From an uncultured delta proteobacterium (GTDB lineage: Bacteria; Desulfobacterota; BSN033; UBA1163): DNA of 64,000 bases. The stretch lies in contig CAWHBU010000007.1 in the NCBI GenBank assembly GCA_963827685.1, forward strand, positions 177,129 through 241,128, given 5' to 3'. A program made the translations under genes and the position numbers. The notes below the pieces were generated by a model, which was not told the DNA's origin, searched no databases, and worked only from the letters and a program-made list of their open reading frames with translations. Shown piece by piece: positions 59,782-64,000 of the stretch. The first letter of the stretch is position 1. Each line of letters begins with the position of its first letter.

Positions 59782-60041
59782 TGGAATTGACCAAAGTTCC
59801 CTTTGATTTAAATGTTACCCTGGTTTCCCAGGGTGCCATTTTTTTATTTCGTAATCCATTTCGAATAGATAAAAATACCTTGACAGTCCAATTAATTATT
59901 GATATTTGAAAATCTAATCTTTAAGAAATAAAGGTTGAGATCAAAAAGGCAAAAAGAAGAAAGGAGGTGACCAGGGGTGATCACGGAATAAAAGTTCTTG
60001 GTGGTATCTTTGAATTCTTTTTCCAATGGAAGGAGGAGATT

Positions 60042-61439
60042 ATGAAGGAGTTTAAAGTTTTTCTTAGAGAAGACGAAATTCCAAAGCAATGGTACAATAT
60101 TCAACCAGACTTGCCCACCCCCCTGCAACCGCCCCTCCACCCAGGGACAAGGCAACCGATCGGCCCTCAAGACCTTGCCCCTGTCTTTCCCATGAATCTA
60201 ATAGAACAGGAAGTCAACACCAAGGATCGGTGGATTGATATCCCCCAAGAGGTGATGGAAAAACTCCTCATCTGGAGACCTACTCCTCTTCGTCGGGCTT
60301 ATGCATTAGAAAAAGTCCTGGAAACACCCGCCAGGATTTATTACAAGGATGAAGGGGTGAGCCCTCCGGGAAGCCATAAACCGAATACGGCCATTGCACA
60401 GGCTTATTACAACAAAGTTTTTGGCATCAAACGGATTGCAACCGAGACAGGAGCAGGGCAATGGGGAAGCGCACTCAGTTTTGCCTGCTGTCTCTTCGGA
60501 TTGGAGTGTAAGGTCTATATGGTCAGGATCAGTTATGATCAAAAACCTTATCGCCGTTTGATGATGAATACCTGGGGAGCCAACTGTGTTCCCAGCCCGA
60601 GCAAAGACACCCAGGCGGGGAAAAAGATTCTGGAGGCGCACCCGGATTCTCCTGGAAGTCTCGGGATTGCCATCAGCGAGGCTGTTGAAGATGCCGTCAC
60701 GTCAAAAGACACCCGATACTCTCTTGGAAGTGTCTTGAACCATGTCCTCATGCACCAAACGATCATCGGTCTCGAGGCCAAGAAGCAGTTAGAGAAATTT
60801 GGAGAGAAAAAGGTCGATATCATCACCGGGTGTGCGGGTGGAGGAAGCAACTTTGCTGGCCTCGCCTTTCCTTTTGTCCTGGATAAGATCAATGGTGCCA
60901 AGATTACCATTATTCCCGCAGAACCAACTTCTTGCCCCACGATGACGAGAGCACCATTTGTCTATGACTTTGGAGATAACGTAGGAATGGCACCCATGGT
61001 TCCGATGTACAGTCTCGGACATTCCTTTATCCCGGCACCCATCCATGCGGGAGGACTTCGCTATCATGGTATGGCTCCTCTCGTGAGCCAGCTGATCATT
61101 GAAGGATTGCTTGAGCCGCGAGCTTATAATCAACTGGAATGCTATGCAAACGCGGTTCTCTGGGCGAGAACCGAAGGTTTCATCCCCGCACCTGAGACCA
61201 GTCATGCTATATCTGTAGTGGTTGAAGAAGCGAAGAAGGCGAAGCAAGAGGGAAAGGAAAAAGTCATCCTTCTCAACTGGAGCGGCCACGGCATCATGGA
61301 TCTGGGTGGTTATGAATCTTATTTCAGCGGAAAACTCGTTGACTACCCATTGCCAGAGGAAGAGATGAGGAAATCCCTGAAGGATATTGAAGGATGGCCA
61401 AAACCGAAGATCATGAAGAAAGGAAAAGTCGTCGGATAA
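60042..61439 (+). CDS. trpB2: Tryptophan synthase beta chain 2 (TrpB2)
   Basis: [59 protein letters not shown]. Confidence 0.95.
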   Translation: MKEFKVFLREDEIPKQWYNIQPDLPTPLQPPLHPGTRQPIGPQDLAPVFPMNLIEQEVNTKDRWIDIPQEVMEKLLIWRPTPLRRAYALEKVLETPARIYYKDEGVSPPGSHKPNTAIAQAYYNKVFGIKRIATETGAGQWGSALSFACCLFGLECKVYMVRISYDQKPYRRLMMNTWGANCVPSPSKDTQAGKKILEAHPDSPGSLGIAISEAVEDAVTSKDTRYSLGSVLNHVLMHQTIIGLEAKKQLEKFGEKKVDIITGCAGGGSNFAGLAFPFVLDKINGAKITIIPAEPTSCPTMTRAPFVYDFGDNVGMAPMVPMYSLGHSFIPAPIHAGGLRYHGMAPLVSQLIIEGLLEPRAYNQLECYANAVLWARTEGFIPAPETSHAISVVVEEAKKAKQEGKEKVILLNWSGHGIMDLGGYESYFSGKLVDYPLPEEEMRKSLKDIEGWPKPKIMKKGKVVG

Positions 61440-61446
61440 ATGATAG

Positions 61447-61481
61447 AATCCTACGGGCCTGTTAGACCCGTAGGATTTTTT
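61447..61481 (+). terminator. Intrinsic terminator-like hairpin
   Basis: AATCCTACGGG-loop-CCCGTAGGATT followed by T-tract. Confidence 0.7.
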
Positions 61482-61527
61482 ATTGAACGAGCTTGTACCA
61501 AATTCCTCAAAGTCTACCGAAGCACCC

Positions 61528-61797
61528 ATGATTGAAGAACATGATGCCCTCATCATCCGCTGCCCTCAATTAGGCGGCGAAGTCCCCTTCCGGTATTGTC
61601 GAACCGTTAACGAAGATCTTCCATGCCGAAAAATTATGGTTTGCTGGGAATTTAGAATTGAGATATCAAAATTCCTGGGCGAACATTATTCCATTGACCA
61701 AATCCAATGTGCCTTGACACCTCCGACCAAGACGAGGCTTGATACCATTCTCGAACTCATCGAAAAAGCGAAAAAGATAGAAGAAGAAGGAGAGTGA
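61528..61797 (+). CDS. Conserved small Cys-rich hypothetical protein
   Basis: RCPQLGGEVPFRYCR...LPCRKIMVCW; 4 bp before next gene. Confidence 0.75.
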   Translation: MIEEHDALIIRCPQLGGEVPFRYCRTVNEDLPCRKIMVCWEFRIEISKFLGEHYSIDQIQCALTPPTKTRLDTILELIEKAKKIEEEGE

Positions 61798-61801
61798 CCC
61801 G

Positions 61802-62896
61802 ATGGTGATCTCCGATCGGTTAAGAAATATTAAACCATCTGGGGTGAGGCGAATCTTTGATCTGGCACGCCAGATGAAGGATCCCATCAATCTTAGCATT
61901 GGGGAACCCGATTTTGATATCCCGGAACCTCTCAAAGAGGAAGGCATTGCATGGATCAAAAAGGGGTTCAACAAATATACTCCCACACAGGGTATCCCTG
62001 AATTGAGGGAAAAGATCGCCTCCCATCTGAAAAAGAAGGGGGTATATTTCGAGGAGGTTATGGTCACAGCGGGCGTGACCGGCGGTCTTCTCCTGGCCAG
62101 CCTTGCCCTCATCAACCCGGGTGATGAAGTCATCATCCCCGATCCATTTTTTGTGATGTATGAGTACCAGGTTCTTCTGATGGGAGGGGTTCCTGTCTTC
62201 GTCGATACCTATCCTGACTTCCGACTGAGGGAGGAAGAATTCGTTAAGAAATTATCGAAGAAGACGAAGTTTATTATCATCAATAGTCCAAATAATCCGA
62301 CTGGAGCCATCTTTCCAAAGGAAGATCTGATGAGGGTGGTCAGGATCGCCCGGGAAAGAAATCTTTTAATTCTCTCCGATGACATATACGATAACTTTGT
62401 TTTCGATGCCCCTTCCTGTCCCTGTATCGGACAATTCTATGAGAACACATTAACTTTTGGCGGATTCTCAAAGGGTTGGGGAATGACTGGATGGAGACTG
62501 GGTTATGCGGCCGGCCCTAAGGGGATCCTCCAACAGATGATTACCCTTCAGCAATATACATTCTCCAGTGTTAACTCCTTTGGTCAGAAAGCAGCGACCA
62601 AGGCCTTGGACTTCAGTGTGGAGAGTTATATTGCAGGATACAAAAAGAAAAGAGATTTGATCTACAACGGGCTAAAAGGAAAGTTTAATGTCCAAAAGCC
62701 AGAAGGTGCTTTTTATATCTTTCCGGAGGTCCCGGGAGGAAACGCAGAGGCCTTTGTAGAAAAAGCCATTCAGCAGAATCTCTTTATTGTGCCCGGTAGC
62801 GTCTTTTCCAAAAGAAATACCCATGTCAGGATCTCATTTGCCGCATCAGATGAAACTCTTCAGAAAGGAATTGAGGTCCTTCATCGAATCAGTTAA
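61802..62896 (+). CDS. PLP-dependent aminotransferase class I/II
   Basis: NLSIGEPDF, NSPNNPTG, SDDIY, GFSKGWGMTGWRLG. Confidence 0.92.
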   Translation: MVISDRLRNIKPSGVRRIFDLARQMKDPINLSIGEPDFDIPEPLKEEGIAWIKKGFNKYTPTQGIPELREKIASHLKKKGVYFEEVMVTAGVTGGLLLASLALINPGDEVIIPDPFFVMYEYQVLLMGGVPVFVDTYPDFRLREEEFVKKLSKKTKFIIINSPNNPTGAIFPKEDLMRVVRIARERNLLILSDDIYDNFVFDAPSCPCIGQFYENTLTFGGFSKGWGMTGWRLGYAAGPKGILQQMITLQQYTFSSVNSFGQKAATKALDFSVESYIAGYKKKRDLIYNGLKGKFNVQKPEGAFYIFPEVPGGNAEAFVEKAIQQNLFIVPGSVFSKRNTHVRISFAASDETLQKGIEVLHRIS

Positions 62897-62968
62897 AATT
62901 TGGTTTATTAGGGTTAGAATAGAGAAAAACCGACGTAGGTCGATTTGTACATAGTCGATGAGGTGAGG

Positions 62969-64000
62969 ATGTTGGAGGGAGAAAAAAGGGTTTTACTTGG
63001 AAATGAAGCTATCGCCAGGGGGATCGTGGAGAGCGGATGCCAATTTTTTGCAGCCTATCCAGGAACTCCCAGCTCAGAAATCCTCCCTGCTGTGGTCCAT
63101 TACAAAAAGGAAAATAACCTGGACATTTATGTCGAATGGTCCACCAACGAAAAGGTAGCTTTTGAAAACGCATTGGTGGCCTCCTACACGGGGAAGCGAG
63201 CTGCTGTGGCCATGAAGCAGGTGGGGCTAAATGTGGCCACCGATCCACTGATGAGTGCAGCCTATATTGGGACGATAGGAGGCTTTGTCATCATCAGTTG
63301 TGACGATCCTGGACCTTATTCGTCTCAGACCGAACAAGATACTCGCTTTATGGCTATGTTTGCAAAGGTCCCTGTTTTCGATCCAGCCAATCCAAAAGAA
63401 GCCCAGCAGATGTTACCCATCGCCTTTGAACTTTCCGAAAAATATCAGATTCCCGTCATCCTCCGTCCTGTGTTGAGGGTCTCCCATGCCCAGCAAACGA
63501 TCACTTTCAATCCCATTACCAAAATGGAAAGAAAAGCCGACTTTCCACACAACCCACAGCGATGGAGTGCAACACCCCGATATCGATTCGTCCTCCATAA
63601 ACAGCTCAACATCAAGCTCCAAAAAATTGCTGAAGAGCTGAGTTCCATGACCTCTCTCAATTTCGTTGAGAATGATCGGGAGAAGGCAGTTTTGGGAATC
63701 ATCGCTGGTGGAATTGGTTATGCCATAGCTCGGGATGTTCTTCCAGAACTGGGCCTACAGAAAGATATACCTATCCTCAAAATAGGAACTCCCTTCCCCT
63801 TTCCCACTGAGGTGGTGGAGGCATTCATCCAGAAATGCGATCATGTCCTGATCCTCGAAGAAACTGAACCGGTTATCGAGCTTCAAATACGGGACAAGTC
63901 AAAAATCACTGGAAGATTAGACGGAAGGATTCCCGACGAAGGAGAAATGCTTCCCGAAGTCATTACCGAGGTAATCTCTGATCTGTGTAAAAAGTTCTCC
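62969..64000 (+). CDS. iorA: Indolepyruvate:ferredoxin oxidoreductase alpha subunit (runs off window)
   Basis: LLGNEAIARG, AYPGTPSSE, WSTNEKVAFE, MKQVGLNVA, DDPG..SSQTEQD; absent from the ORF track because there is no stop in the window. Confidence 0.92.
   Translation, partial: MLEGEKRVLLGNEAIARGIVESGCQFFAAYPGTPSSEILPAVVHYKKENNLDIYVEWSTNEKVAFENALVASYTGKRAAVAMKQVGLNVATDPLMSAAYIGTIGGFVIISCDDPGPYSSQTEQDTRFMAMFAKVPVFDPANPKEAQQMLPIAFELSEKYQIPVILRPVLRVSHAQQTITFNPITKMERKADFPHNPQRWSATPRYRFVLHKQLNIKLQKIAEELSSMTSLNFVENDREKAVLGIIAGGIGYAIARDVLPELGLQKDIPILKIGTPFPFPTEVVEAFIQKCDHVLILEETEPVIELQIRDKSKITGRLDGRIPDEGEMLPEVITEVISDLCKKFS

Overview
64 kb from an anaerobic Desulfobacterota/deltaproteobacterium-like chromosome (inferred from gene content). 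It has three parts. (1) 2.8-21.2 kb is an accessory mosaic of short, mostly minus-strand cargo units: TA pairs, amtB-glnK, RNase D, a duplicated RluA, a sirtuin, and truncated RadC/Mrr/Fic/YhcG/AAA-ATPase genes, plus IS1182 and IS630 elements. The units are separated by a recurring ~28-bp motif (GGAATGGGCCAACTTTTTTATGGATGAC), heptamer tracts and GACCCC-type REP-like ends, giving an integron-like cassette layout with no canonical attC and no recombinase in the window. (2) 21.4-52.2 kb holds a U32/SCP2/Fe-ADH/AOR cluster, an IS1202-type element and a large hopanoid cluster (mlaEFDCA, hpnA, hpnG, shc, hpnN, hpnI, hpnK, hpnJ, ispH, hpnH, hpnM, hpnB). The cluster has no recognisable squalene synthase but carries DUF116 plus a prenyltransferase with an altered second aspartate motif, and it ends at tRNA-Leu(TAA). 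(3) 52.4-64 kb is catabolic: a 4-hydroxybenzoyl-CoA-reductase-like Mo enzyme with fused subunits, a saccharopine-dehydrogenase-like gene with a Kat-like aminotransferase, trpB2, an aminotransferase and iorA. All calls come from reading the sequence and recalled family motifs; no searches were run.
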